From Lingula anatina (taxonomy: Eukaryota; Animalia; Brachiopoda), in assembly GCA_051362555.1 (NCBI GenBank), contig CM120642.1, positions 10,912,001-10,976,000 on the forward strand: 64,000 bases of DNA, written 5' to 3'. Made by a program: the position numbers and the translations under genes. How positions within the stretch are numbered: the stretch's first letter is position 1; every line of letters begins with the position of its first letter. This document shows, piece by piece, positions 16,801-31,800 of this stretch. The notes under the pieces were generated by a model that was given only the letters and a program-made list of their open reading frames with translations, did not search any database and had not been told where the DNA came from.

Positions 16801-19800
16801 AGTCATTTTAAACAACAGTAAGTTTTTATTTCTTCTGTGAAACATTCCTTCCTGTATCAAAACATAAATGCACTTCCACCAGTTACCGCTTTGCTGCAGA
16901 GCCCTGAGGGTGAAAATATCAACAGTGTTTTAACTGTATACAAGCCGCTTTATGGGTGCACATAAAAAATACCTGGCCATTCTGCTGCATTTTACTCTTT
17001 TACTGCTGGGAATGGTACATGGAATGGATAGACCAGACAAAAAGATGATTAGAATAACATTAAAAAAATGAAAAAAAAAAAAATAAATAGAAACATTTTA
17101 AAAATTCTTATGGCAAATATTTGATAATAACTGCATAAACTTTCGGAGTTTTTGAAAATGAATCTATGTGTTGTGATTAATTCTTGATATGTTACAGAAT
17201 GATTTTTGCATTTGTTTTCATTTATTAAATGATTGTTATAAATGGAACCTGACTTTGATTTTATCAAAGAAGTTTTTTCTTTATGACTTCAGTTTATATT
17301 GATTGTTATTGAATGAGTGATACAGGAATTTATACTTGAAATAGGGGATAATAGGATTATCAAGTAGAACAGTTTCTGTGTTCACCACCAATTAAGTGGA
17401 ATTGCAAGGTTTTAAAAAGATTTAATGTTTTGAGAAATTTTTTGGGTATGTTGCTGTCAAAAACAAAAGTCATTATTGGTGTGGTAAGCAGGTTAAGAAC
17501 CACTTATGTTTAAATGAATTACTTCTGGTCATTTTGTTTCTTTCAAACTTCAAAAATTGTCGTAACCTCTGCATTACCAAGTCACTGTAATAACATTTTT
17601 GGTTCGCAAAAACAGCATTATGAATTTATTCAGACTTCATTTTAAAAGTATTTTGGTTGCATCAAGTTACTGTGTCGTTAGGAGGGGAGATTCTGCCTTG
17701 TTTGCATTTTTAGTTGACATATTTTATAGGACGCAACAAATAGGAAATGAAATATTGATAAGTCATGTGATAGAAAACCCTAGTAGCAACTAGGACAACT
17801 TAGATACGGGTCTTAGGTTTGTCTCCTGAATCTGTTCTGCCTTGCTTAACCTGAAAAGGAAGGGGGGTGTTTCTGTCGATTTAATTATCTTAATTATCCC
17901 CCTTTTGGTAGTGGGGTATCATATTACCTGCGTAACTTTGCGTGCTTAACCAAAGGGTTAATATTTCTATGAGGTAAGGGGAATCGTAAGTTATGAAGTA
18001 GGTTATACACCGTTAAGTAAATTGTCTCAAGATGAGATCATTTTTGCCAATGATTCTGAAAGAAGTTAATTATCTCAGATTAAATTTCTACCAAACTGTA
18101 ATTGGCAGTTTTCAACTGAACTTTTTAATACAGATATAGATATTCAGACTTGGCAGAAAATGAAGCAAAGTGAATTACCTTTTCAACAACTAACATATAT
18201 TTGTTTTATTTTACAGATGGACAAGAAGAAACTCCTAGAACAATACCAGTATCCTCCATTTCCATTCCGTATTGCTAAGGCCCTGGACCCAGAGATCTAC
18301 AGAAATGTAGAGTATGATACTTGGATGGAGAGTAAGAAAGGTATAGTAAACATTTGACAAAGGTTTATTGGGTGTCATCCCTTTTAAGCCGACAAACTGT
18401 ACACTGGGGGTTGGGGTGGTGGTTAATACCCTCGATCTATACACTTTCAGAAAAAAATTAAAATGACGATCTTCACCTTGAGGGGTGTGCCAGCAAAGTT
18501 CCTTATCATCATTAGCTTCTTTAGCCTTGTACCCTCTGAAGGGAAGGGTCTGTAAAAATTTGACTCTACTCTTTGTATACTTGTGATAATGATGACAGAA
18601 ATGGATGACCCCTTATTATACACACTATAAATTTGTTGCAATATTTAAAACAACTGATGAAAGTCTAAAAATATACTATAGAATGTTTATTCTATCCAAA
18701 ACTGTTGAAAATTATTGCATTGAATGTAATCTTGTTTCCAATATGTGCATTCAATCACTAGCTTTTCTGTATTCTACTCAATGCCAGGAGGGGGCGTGTC
18801 ATTCAGTTAAGCTGATTGCTCTCAGTGAGAGACCCCACAGAGTTTGATCGATCTACATAGTCTGTGAGAATGAGACCTAATGCACTTTTCCATCAGCTGG
18901 AGGGATTCTTCCATTATACCCCTAAGCTCCATTGTTTTCACTTTTGCTTGACTCCAGGCCTTTAAAACAGGTGCCCTAGATAACTCGATCGCCCCTTAAA
19001 CTTGGAGAATAGAAACAGTGACATCAGGTGAATAAGAAGATCACCTTGTTGGAACGGTTATTCACCTGACCATGCACTAGGCACATGACTTTTCTTTTCC
19101 TGAAGCTCAAGGGGACCTGTTTATAAAGACCCAGAGGCTATCAGCTAGAGCACAAGAACATAAGAGCTTAGGGGCATAATATAAGGATCCTTCCAGCAGC
19201 TAGTGCACACTGTAGAAGTGTGTCAAGTAAGGAAGGAAGATTACATTATAGACTGTTATGTATAAAGTACTTCTGAATATGAATACTGTTATGGAATACA
19301 GGCAGTCGTGTCTACACTTTGTAAGTCAGAATAAAATTGCAAATTCACAATTATAATTTACACAACTATATCTCTTTTTTGTAAGGATCGAAGCATGGTT
19401 ATTGGGTAATTTTCATGGATCATATTAGTGTCAGACTTGATTTGAAATGTTTTCAATGAAACTTAAAAAAAAAAACCTAAAAAAAAAATCAGGCTGCTGT
19501 AAGATTCAGCATGTATGACAGCTAGTTGACCTTATTCAGTGGAACTTATATTACAGAATAAGATGTGATGAATGTTGCACAATTCAATCTTACAACTTAC
19601 AAAGCATTCATCACGGTGACCTTAGGTATCAAAAAAACTTTGTAGATATACCTATGATTATTTGGTATTTTTCATGGAAAGTGGCTGTCCTAGTGGATGT
19701 TCACATGCGTGGTGTAGAGAGGTCCTCTGTTAAAATGTGTGCTGCCACAGGGCCTAGCTGTCACCCATCTATTGTTAAAATTAGTGGATCACATGAGAGT

Positions 19801-22800
19801 GAACTAGATGCCTGAAAGATAACTTTCAGTGTGATCGGAATTTGTAATTCATTCAGCTGCATGGAGAATCTAGTGTCTGAATGTACCTGGAACATTTTGC
19901 TGTCCTTTTTTCAGGGCTTGTATAATGACAAAGGAGAATATAAGTAAAAAAAAAAAAATGAGATAAAAATCTTTATGGATTCAAGAGATAGGTTAACATT
20001 ATATATAATGTGACATTACAATTATAGTAATTTTAGAACACAGTTGGAAGCACCCAAGGAAAGTTTGTTGCTGTGATAGGTAATAGATAAGTTAAATTAC
20101 AAGTTGATATTTCTTCCCATAAATCTTATTTATAGAGAACATCAACGGTATGAAACATATGCACTGCCAATTCTGAAATAATGTGCACTGAAACATATTT
20201 CAAGTAAATGTTTGGCTTTTGTTTTATTTTTGGTAGAACATCGACTGAAGGACCCCAGTCAAGCGAGAGAGTTGCAGTATGCACCTGGCGACAAATGCCA
20301 AGTCACAGTGGAGGGGCATGGGGACAGAGTTTTTCACGCCTTTATCCAGGAAATGAGCCGAGACCAGGGCCCTGTGACAGTTTTTCTGGAAGAGTTGGGA
20401 GAGAGGTAATAATGGGAATTGCCTCCAGCTTTTTCGTTAAAGAACCAAGTAATTCTCGAAAAGGATTTTATGATAAACTAAATTCAACTAATTTTGCTGG
20501 TAAGGAAGTAAAATGCCTGCCACCTGCTAATTATGGCCAGGTTCTGTGTCTCTACTTCATATCCCATATTTCTGCATAAGAAATGAATAATAAATATGCT
20601 TTCCTTGGATTTTAACATATTTTAAGCTAACTACCACCTCCACATGGTGGCAAGCATTTATGTAAATGGGTGAATGACTACTTTTTTACAGAAACATTTT
20701 TTCAGATACTGTCCCATACATTTAATTCAGTTACCTTGTAATAAATAGGAGATTGATTGTTTGGATACAAGTTCTTATATTTAGTACAAAATGTTAGGTT
20801 TCTCTTTATTAACTTGAACATTTCATTGATTTTTACTTTATAAGTTACTTTTTAAGTCTCCTTTTATCATAAACGATAGAAGATGAAATGTGAATTTTCT
20901 TCTAAAATATGCATTAAAAGCGCTTGACTAAAAGCTGCAAGCATAAAGCAAAAAGGCATTTACCATTCATTCTCCAAAGCCATTGCTTATTTGAAATATG
21001 TAAAACAAAATACCCACTATATCTTAGCTGCACACTGCAGCATATTGTCCTGTTTAATTGATAAGAAGATACTTCACTAAATTATTTACAGTATGTCCCA
21101 GTTCTACAGCTGGTGTTTCCTGAATTCTTTAATATTTCATTGATTCAAAGGCAGTCTCACAGAATATTTGGACTGAAATGTGTCTATTCAGTTTACTTGT
21201 ATGTAACATATATAAACTTTTCTTTTTTTTTTTTTTCAAACTAACTGTCAGATTCATTTCAAAATGTTGGTTTGCATCTATTTTCCTAACAGTCTATTTG
21301 CATTAAAGTAAAAACTGACTCCTTTGCTTACAATACACAACTAAATTTTAAACCTTTGTTAAAAATGTACTGGAATTTCAAATCTTAGCAATCCAAACTA
21401 AGCTAAGCTCATTTTAAATCTTAACAATCCAAACTAAGCTAAGATCAAAACTTCCGAGTAAATTAAACATTGGCTGAAAAACATGATTGCTTATTATCTT
21501 TAATTGGGTTCAAAGTTATAATATACCTTATTTCATAACATTATGATCAGAGAGCCTTGCCAATTTATTTTTTTCATAATTATATTATGTAGTAATAAAG
21601 GCCCTTTTGCATTATATTCCATATTTCCCAAAACGAACATTTTGCCAATCCCAGTGTAACTCTATGCAGGTTGGTCTATGCAAGAAGAAATCTGCTCTAA
21701 GCAGTACAGCATTTAATCCCAAATCATATAATATGCTTACGTAATTTATACACACTTGAGTTAGTAGATTTCTGTATGATGATAAACATATTTACAGTAC
21801 AAAAACAGAACAGGAATGCTCAATTTGGAAATTTTTCAATATTTTATACCAGACCTGAAACTGCTATTCCACCCCTCTCACATCTAATTGATTCGGTTAC
21901 TGTTTTAATGCATGAATTGAGCTTGTGTGAACTGGTTGCTCATTGGCTAATTGAGGCCTACCTCCATCAGTTGCGTACATTATTCACCACTTCAGCATTA
22001 TTTAATCAGATGTCTTCTCTGCCTTGGCTGCTGGTGGATCTGCATGTGGATTGAATCTCTTGGAATTCGGATATTATCATCTCTTTTGGTTTTTCTCTAC
22101 GTTTTGGATGAGAATTGTTCCTGTTGCATTGATTGATGTTGACCTCCTGAAATTTGTAATTTTGATTTATACTGGCACTCTGGTTTATTAACTGATAACT
22201 TTTAATGCACTGGAAGGCACCTGCATAGAATATATTAAGGTAATAATGATAATACTGAGGAATATTTTTTTGTTTTTATATCAAACTGATAAATATGTGT
22301 GGAAAGGATTACGTGTAAAAGGCAATGGAAATCTGTATTTATCCAGCAGATATTTTTGTAGAAGGTGAAAGATGTATCCAGGAACTATGATTGACAAAGA
22401 TATTCATGCTATCTCATCCTAAAGAAGCACTTGCTAAATATTGGTATAATGGTTCATATTCTGACATTATAAAGTAACATGTTCACATGTACACTTGAAG
22501 CCAGTTATCTTGTTTATTTATCTAATGCCTACTCAGGGATATGTTATAAATTTGCAATTGAAGAGCTCTATTTCATTCTTTGATGAAGTTTTAGTAAAAT
22601 TCAGTGACAAGTAAGGATCACTCAGTGTATTATTATTTTTTTTCTTTTGCTGTGTTCTAATTTTTGTTTCATTTTGTAGGCACACTATCCCATTTGCAAA
22701 TCTTCGCCCTTTGCCACAGCCGCAGCCTCCCCAGCATGGTAAGTACAAATATTGATCACCACCTTACAATACCCCAAAATACGTTTGTAAAGCAAAATAG

Positions 22801-25800
22801 TTTTTTTTAGTCAAATTGATAATATATTGATCTAATATTTTTCATACCTGAACGCGTATTGTAAATGATGTCAGTTATGATGAAGGTTTATAATGTATTT
22901 TACGAGTACATTGTATGCTGGCATCAACCTGTAGGGCTGAGGGGGAAATACATTTTTTCTTATTATTATTTTTTTTTTCGGTCAATAAGTTTTTAAAACA
23001 TTTCCAAAAATTAAGATACTTTAATTTGCAATGTTTTAATTCTGTTATGCATTCTTATAGACACTTAATTGTCTGGAATATGCCACTGTAATATATTAGA
23101 CAATTGTGAAACAAGATTATGAGGGTTCTTTTAAAATAATGGACCACCTTAAAAGTTTTTAAACTGCAATGTAATTTTGGCTTTTGAAAAATTATGAATT
23201 TCACAACATCCTTTAGGAATATGAAATAAATTTAGAATTCATTTTCTTACTTATAATAGACACTCTGGCAATTTATGTTTGCACTGACTCATGCACATCT
23301 TTTCTCCTTATAATTGAGGCCTATAGCTACTCTAAGACTCGAACTGATTTGAGAAAAAAATGTCCTTAGATAACCAAAATAAAGTTGGCACTAATGTAGG
23401 TATCATATTCAAAGAGACGTTTGAGATTCAAATTGATAGGGACCATTGGACCTTAGTCTTGTAAATCACATTTTGTTTGGAATATGTTTTGGTCCTTAAC
23501 CTGATTTAGACTGGTTTGACCCAGTGGGAAATCTAATTCTGTAGGAGAGAGATTGGGGTATTGTCCGTCTCAAGGTATCCTGTTATGGATGAAGTTACTG
23601 AAGTCCCTGTATTGGGTGGAGCTATTTTTTTCATTTCCTTAAACTTGCACAAATATAATGGGTTTACTACTTTCATTTTGAACCAAAAGTGATCATCATG
23701 CATGGGAAAACATCACAGTAGTTGTGACACTAATAATAAAGTACTTTGTATGCTATTCAACATGATCAAGTTGGGTAACTCCAGAATAAGAGTTAACCTG
23801 GATTTTTAGACAGAAGCTAGCCGGAGAAGGCGCCCGGTATGGTCAGCTTATGTTATCATATCAGAGAGGTTAGTGGTTTTGTTTTGAAAATCATAAATCT
23901 ATATGCTAAAATATGTATTTTAATTCGCATGTGGTTGAAAATAATTCGTCGTATAATTAACGACAAAAAAATATAGTTTCTGTGTTGTTTCACATCATGA
24001 GAAAACTACATACACAGTGTAAAACAAGCACTAACAAACTAGTCTTTGGAAGTGCTCTGGCAAATGATCTTAAAGAGTCACTGCCAATTAAGTTAATTGA
24101 TTTGAATGAAGAGCTTCCGATTCTTTCTTATTGGTGAAAAAGTAACTCTAAGAACAAGTGTATAACCACCGACTGGTTATTACATTATTCAACTCTCAAC
24201 TCCAATCCAAATGTACTGAAAGTATTTATTGAAGTGCATGATAATATCAAATAATTAATCACTTTAATTAGTGTTAACATATCTAATGCTTGAAACATAC
24301 TAGTACATGTATTTGGGTGGGGTTGATTTAACCTAAAATGCCCCTTATGTATAGACTGTCTGCCAAGTTGAACAGTGATGATGAACAGGCCACCCCCATA
24401 ATTACCTGTTTAAGCCACCTCCTCAGGTCATCAGTTATGTATGCCCTTATGATGGTTCCAAGCTGTTCACTCTTTTTACCAGTACTGTATATAATGCAGG
24501 TAAGGCATAGGGAGTGCTACATCTGTGTTTATAGATGGGTTGAACTGAATCAGAAATTTGTTTTCATCACCAGACAACCAAATCTGCCCACCAGGAATAA
24601 AGATAACTTGGGCTGAGTCTGTAATCCCATTCAGAGTGTTGTGTGGACTTGACATGAGTTCAAACATATACCAGTTTATGTGCATAGTACCATGCAGTTA
24701 TTAAAAGAATGCATCGATGCATGTGGTTCCATTTGACAATGACAGCTGTTTATTTCTATTTATGTATACAGGCTGGACCTCAGCAGGTAAAAAACAAACA
24801 CACATGTCAGGGTTCTATCAGAAGTCTCCGCTGTTAGAAGGTTAGTTTTAACTTGGTGTATTTTTTCATCACTATAATCTGTATGCCCATTACTCATACT
24901 TAAAGGGATAATAACTCTTCCTTTTGGTCAAAAAAATGAATTTTCCTGGAGTAAACAACAATTTTCCCATACTTACCAATGGTTAATGAATCCTTTTTTA
25001 CATTCAAAGTTAGTCCCTGTTTTTTTCTATAAAGTTTGGTTTTTTGTTAAAATATCTTAAGAGATTATAACAGAGTACAGCCATCAATGGAGGTCACGTG
25101 GTCTGAAGACAAGCTCAGATATCAGAATAATAGCTATAACTGCCATTTTTGTGGTGAGACAGAGTATATTATATTTATATGAGTTCACAATGTTTTAATT
25201 GTGAAATCTAAATATCATACGAAGAGTTATTATCCCTATAATGATCAATTTTAACAAAAAATTCACATTTTTTTGTCAGAATAATAATTTTGGGTTGGAT
25301 ACATGTGCTCATTTTAGGACAGACACTCTTTGTCTGTACATGCACAAACCATCACCTGTACTGTCTGTTGTTGCTGCCACTGTTTGCATCAATGTCATTT
25401 CCCTTTTCTGATATTTTTGTTCATAAACACACAAAAAATGAAATGTAATATTATTCTCAAACTTTCTCAAATTCACAGGATGGAAATAAAGCTAGAGTTT
25501 GAAAAGCAGCCTGATTGGATCATACTTTTGCTGTTTTTTGTGATTTTTATTTTATTATTACAAATTGGCATTCAAAGTATGACTTTAAATTTCCTTTGAT
25601 CTTAAGCCCTATGCTAGTTACAATTTTTGAATGCCCACCTAAATAGTAATAATTAAAATTAGTGGTGATTACACTGTTAAGCATCAGTCCATGTGATATA
25701 TTGTTTCAAAATTGACAAAGACTTTCTGCTCACTGGCATATGGTATAAACCATGAAAGGAAAACTCTGCTACTTATTATTCTTAAACTGGCAGGATTGAT

Positions 25801-28800
25801 TCACAGGGCAAAAATGCAGCTTAAGTTTGAAACCCATACAGGCTTGGCCACTTTTCTTTAATTAGTCATAGTTTTTAAAAAATTCATTTTTCACATAGTG
25901 ACATTGTAAGAGTTTAAATTTCCAAGGGTGCAAAATGCTGTTTTAGTTACATTTTCATTAAAAATTGGCACTGTTTATTATCTTATTAAGCATTAACATC
26001 AAAATAACATCAAAATTGACAAAAAGAAACATTTTCTGCATTTTCATTCCTAAATTGGCAAAACCTAGCTGTCAACCCACTCTGAGGCCAAATTTTCCTC
26101 CCCTGCCCCAAACCCAAATCTGCTCAAGTATAATTTCAAATTCAGAAATTTTGTGTGAGGCATTTTCCATCAAAAGAGTCACTACCATATACAAAAGAAG
26201 CACTTCCTGCTCATGTGAGATCTTTTGAACAATGGATCATTATTAATTTCATTAATCGAAGTGGTTGTTAAGATATGGACACGATAAATGACATGGATTC
26301 CAGATTCTTGATTAAACTATTTCAACTAATGTTAGGTATTTTTAGTACTAAAACAGTAGCTGCTGCAGATAAGATCACCAAAATGGGTGTGGTTATTAAA
26401 GCAGCAAGTACTGAGTTTTGAATTTGTGATAATATCTTTTAAAATGGGCGTTAGGTAGTCTTCTGTACAATGATAAATTTGTGTGATTTCACATCTAAAT
26501 TCACAAATCTAAAACAACAAAATTGGTGTGATATCACTGGAGATGTGAATAACATATTAGTTATTGCAACCTAGATTTACAATATTATAGTCATGAACCA
26601 TAAATTAATTTTAATATAAATCTATCTAGTTTCATTTTCTAGTATTAAGGTATCTTATTTATGACTTTAAATTAAAGAATGCCTTGTTTTTGATTCCACT
26701 CTGACAAGGGTAAAATAATTATTAACTTAAAACAATGAACATCATATTTTTAATATATGACTTCTTGATTGAAAAGATTTTTGGTGTTTTATATTCATGT
26801 CGTCAAAGCAATTGCATGCTTCTGTAAGTTTTGCCATGTTATGTCTGTTCATTTGACAGCTTTGCTGCCTTGTTTAACAAATGTTAATATCACTGTACTC
26901 AACAAATTTACTTTTATTGTTGAAGATTCAGCCTCAAACTCTCTGAGTAACAAGAAGAAACTTCATAAGAAGAAGAAAGAGATCCCCTTTTTTATGCCAT
27001 TAGGACGTGGGCAACCCCTCCCTCCAAGACTACAACAACAGGGGGAGAGAGCCTCCTACCCAAGAGGAGCCAGTAGGTGAGTTCGCACAGGGAGGACCAG
27101 ACTTTTTCATTTCTCTCTCTCTCATACACAAATTGTGACAGTATGTAAATTACATACTAAATCTGCAGCTATATATTTTATAAGAATGACTTTATAAACA
27201 TGATTTACTGACAGATCTGAAACATTATGTAAAATGATTTATACTGAATAATTTGTTCTATGAAAAAGGACCCCTCCACCACGCTTTGGCAGCAACTGTG
27301 GTCTCTTCAACTCCAGTGGACGTCCCATCAACAAGCAGTGGAACAGTTCAGACAAGTAAGGCTATAAGTTAGTGAGATCAATAATGTCTAAGTATATGAC
27401 CTTGGTTGAGATGAGATTTTAAGGAATATATTGAATCAATATAATCATTGTTTTATATGAAATGTTTCAGTTCTTAGTTGTATATTACTTATATAGTCTC
27501 AATAAAAGAATTAAGTCCTTATTTTCAGAATTCCTTAAAATTTTTTTCATGACAGTTTTGGCCAGAATTGAATTTTATCAGCTGTGTTACAGTGTATGGA
27601 GTTGGAATATGGAAGTGGTTCTTTTCAGTCAACAGCTAATAGTGAAATTGTTGTTTACCTCCAATATTTTGAAATCCATCCAAAACTGCTTCATCGGGGA
27701 ATATCCTGGATAGAGACTATTCAGCTCAGCAATTTTAATATTAGGTGTTGATTGTTTAGTTTACCAAACCTCAAGATTTATTTCAAAGTAGTTGATGCAA
27801 TTTCTTTATTTTCTTTTGGTTTTATTATTTATTTTGTATCTTTTAAATTATGTGTTTATGCCTCACATGTTGTGGACATTTTTGTGGCTTTAGCTATGTT
27901 CTTAAATTTGTCTTTATTTCATGTTTCTAATTTGTTTACCCAAAGCCTTAAATATGTCAAACCTCGCCATGGTGATGACCGTTTTCTCCCATTTCGGGAT
28001 GTTGTGCCGCCATCTTGTACTTTCTTTCCGCCCACAACTCCAGAAGGACTGGAGGTTCCGTGGTTTAGGTAATTCAGATGTTAACCAAAAATTGTTTTAG
28101 TTTCTAAAAAAAAAAAGTGATCAAGCATGATTCTTAAATATATACACAAACCCTTAAAGCTTGTTATTATCCTTGCCACTACCTTTCTTTTTTATTTGAA
28201 TAACATGAGATTTATTTGACATCCTTACAAGTGTGACTTAATAAAAGTGAATTAAGTAGTCCCATTATTCCCTTACTAACTCATATCCATGAATCATTAA
28301 CATATTACATCTAAGGGAAGATCATTTTTAGACCCACTTCACTTTATGTTACAGATCAGCATCTTCCACTCAAATTTGAATTGTGTTTCATGTAATGATT
28401 TATCATCTTAATTTGAATCAATTATTAACAAAGGCTTACCCTTAACTTAAAGGTACACTCCACAAATAATTTACCTGATTCATGCCAGACTTGATTTATA
28501 TTGGATTATATAATATGGTTTGTTTACAAAGTGTTGTTATCCTGTGTCACTGTTCTAACTGAAATTGTCGATTTTGCCTTCAATAAAAAGTTTTAGATTT
28601 ATCTTTATGAAATAAATTTTTTGAAAGTAACTAGTCCACAATGTCAGTATAGCTCCTATATATTATAATACGTAATATCTAATCGTCAACATATGATACC
28701 AGATGTGCTAGACAGGTGCAATGAATTAAACATTTCAGTAATCTAATGTCTTTATTCAAGGTACCTTAATAGGATTTGGCATAGTGAGACCCCATGCATG

Positions 28801-31800
28801 TACATGTGATATTAGTTATTTGATAGCAATTGTGTCCTCTTTCTAAACAACAGTTGTACGTGGTCCATAATATTGATGAAATTTTTAGTCTTCTTAGTTT
28901 CAACGTCTTCTCATTTTACATGCCTAGCCTCATAGTATGCTGTTTTTGTATGGTATAAGACTGTATGGGCAGTAATTTTGCTTTCAGAAATACATCATGG
29001 CAACTTGTTTGATAGTATATAATAGTAAATAATCATTTGTTTTTGTGTCCAAATACCAATAGCTGTCCATGGTGATGCATTTATGTAGATGGTGGAGGTT
29101 TAACTATCACAATGCACAGATTTAGGTGGATGAGAACTGATTAAGAATTCTGAAAAGACCTTGCTTCAATAAGCACTGAGTCAATGTTTGGTTTTAAGAA
29201 TTTCGTATTTTACTCAGTTTTGCGCTCTCTCCATAGATTGCCAGTTCAGCATCGCCATCAAATGCAGGACCTAGAGAAGAAAGCAATGGAAGAGTCTGCT
29301 GCTCTATATGAGCTACAGGAGCGGGACCCCAATGCCTTCCCTGCTCTGCCAGTAAGGACATCCACAGTTATAATTTTGTCATAAATTAGCCAATTTGTTG
29401 ACAGCATATTATTTATTTACTTACTCTCTTTTCAAAGTGAAGAATTCAAAGATGCATGTTAATATATGACTGATGTACCTGGTAAATATTCCTGTCAGTA
29501 ACATTTATTTATTTTATAGTTATGTGTAATGCTCACCCATGGGCTGGGGGGGGGGGGTTTAGTAAAACCTGACTTGTAAGATGAGGTCAGCTTTGAAATT
29601 TGAATTATGTAAGTGCTATGCCACAACTCGGATTGGGAAATTGAATCGAAAGAATAAACCCCTAGCTTTGAAACTGCTGATTACATTCAGGCATGTAATT
29701 TCAGCTGCATTGTTTCTTCAGCTTCATGCATGTAGGTCTTAATAGTGAATATGACAATTTAATTTTTTTTTTTTTTGGGGGGGGGGGAGGGGGGGGTGGC
29801 TGCAAATAAAGCGCATGCATTTGCATTTGTATGTATATATATTATATACTTGTTTCAGAGTGTCCATGACCGTAATGGAAGTGGTCCATGCTCTTTCTGG
29901 AACCAAGACAAAGGTCACCAAGGTCACCATGATGGCAGTGGACAAGCAGATGGTATAAACTGTTTGGGCATGTCTGAGTATATTTTTTTAAAGATTAACC
30001 ACTGAATATAGCTTGACATTTATCTGCATTAACTTGAGTCGGGTGTGAACTGTTACTGCCAGCCAGCTAACTTTGGATCAAAAAATCCTGTCTTAACTGG
30101 TCACCTTGACATAAATATTTCCAAGGTCACAGAGATCAACCCTCTACGTTTGAAAGATACTTGAGCATTTGAGACATATTCTATTATTTATTTCAGACTC
30201 GGCTTTTCTGTCTCATGATATGACTGGAGGGGCATCAGGAGTGGAGAGTACAGCAGACAGTGGTGTGGGCTGCCGAGCAGGTAAAATAACATAACTATAT
30301 ATAGCTTACACTAATGCTGATAGACTAAAAATATTCAGTACGTATAGTACGTGTTATCAATAATATTAGGTTAAATAGTTTCGGTTGTATTGATTACTTA
30401 ATGGTAGTTTAATTAGAGGTTTGTCAATTTCATGTTATTTTTTGTCAGTGACAAATTTTTCTGGTGAAGCAGTAAGATATTTTTGTTAATATGCAATTTG
30501 AAATAGATGAAATAACCTGAGGTACTCTACCAGTTCAAGAAAAATCTGATATTAAGGCTAAGCATGCATACATTAATATAAAGCAAAAATATAAAGTGAA
30601 ATCATGATTTTGTTCATTTCAGACGGCATCAGCCCCACCCCACCCCAGCCTATCCCCCAGGTACATCGACAGCTGTCTCACCATGCTCTCTCCAAGGCTG
30701 CCAGCCCTGTGGCCAGCCCAACAGTCTCCACTCCACCCCCTCTGCCCCCCAGTCCTATCTCTCAGAAGATACCTCCACCCCCTGGGATGGTCCCACCAGC
30801 CTGGTCTGTCCCATACTACTACTCCTTTGTGATCCCACACATGGAGAATCTGACAGGGCCTGTGAATTACGGAGCTTCACCATCCAGGGATGTGATGGGA
30901 AATGATTTGCCATTGAATGGTAAGTTTAAAGTGGTTATATCCAAGTAGGACACTTATTACAAATAATTGCCTTCGTATACTGTACGTATCCAAAGAAGAC
31001 TATCCCTTGGAACCAGTTAAAAAGTTCCTTGTAGTAAAAAATTATCAGAAAATTGAGTCAGGTCATCAGGTTTGACTGCTCCTAAAATGGCTTTCTTACA
31101 TGCATTGTAAAGATGTGTCCATGATCTCCATCGAATGCTAAATTGAAATTACTCTAGAAATTTGTTTTCTTGCATTTTATGACCTTGTACATTATGATGT
31201 AAAATTATCAGTAGGTAGAAAAGTTATCAATAGGCATACTTCATCTTTTTCAGATATCACAACTCTGCGTTTTTTCTTCAATCTTGGAGTTGAGGTAGAT
31301 ACATATTTTATATAGTACTGAAGTCTTTCAGCTGTCTTAAAGTACTTTTTCATGCTCTCTCATTAAGCAAGCTGTTCTATTGTAAGCTGTGTTAACATTT
31401 GCATTTATTAATATACACATATACTATTACGTATATTGAAAACCATAGATCTTTAAATCTATTTCACAAAAAATTCCTATTAGATTCCCTTGTCCTATCC
31501 TTCAGTATCACCGCTTCCATGCAGCCATGGTGCAGATGCAGAGCCAGCAGCAGTACGCTGCATACTGCACTCAGCAGGCATTCCAGGTTACCTGTTACCA
31601 GCCACCCCCTCCAGTGGCGACTTTGACCCAGGGGCGACCCCCTCAGATCATACAAGCTGGACGACTGGACCAGTCCAGTCTGGTGGAGGATGAGACCAAT
31701 CCGGTCAATGGTCAGTCTGATTCACAGGACTCCCCTGATCACGACAGGCCACCCTCTCAGAAAAAGTTAACGCATAAAAAGGAAGAAGTCAGCGTGGCGC

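Noticed and set aside
23814-23836. Micro-exon EASRRRRP in OTU intron 11
   Set aside because: Its phase is incompatible with the flanking exons, which already join in frame.
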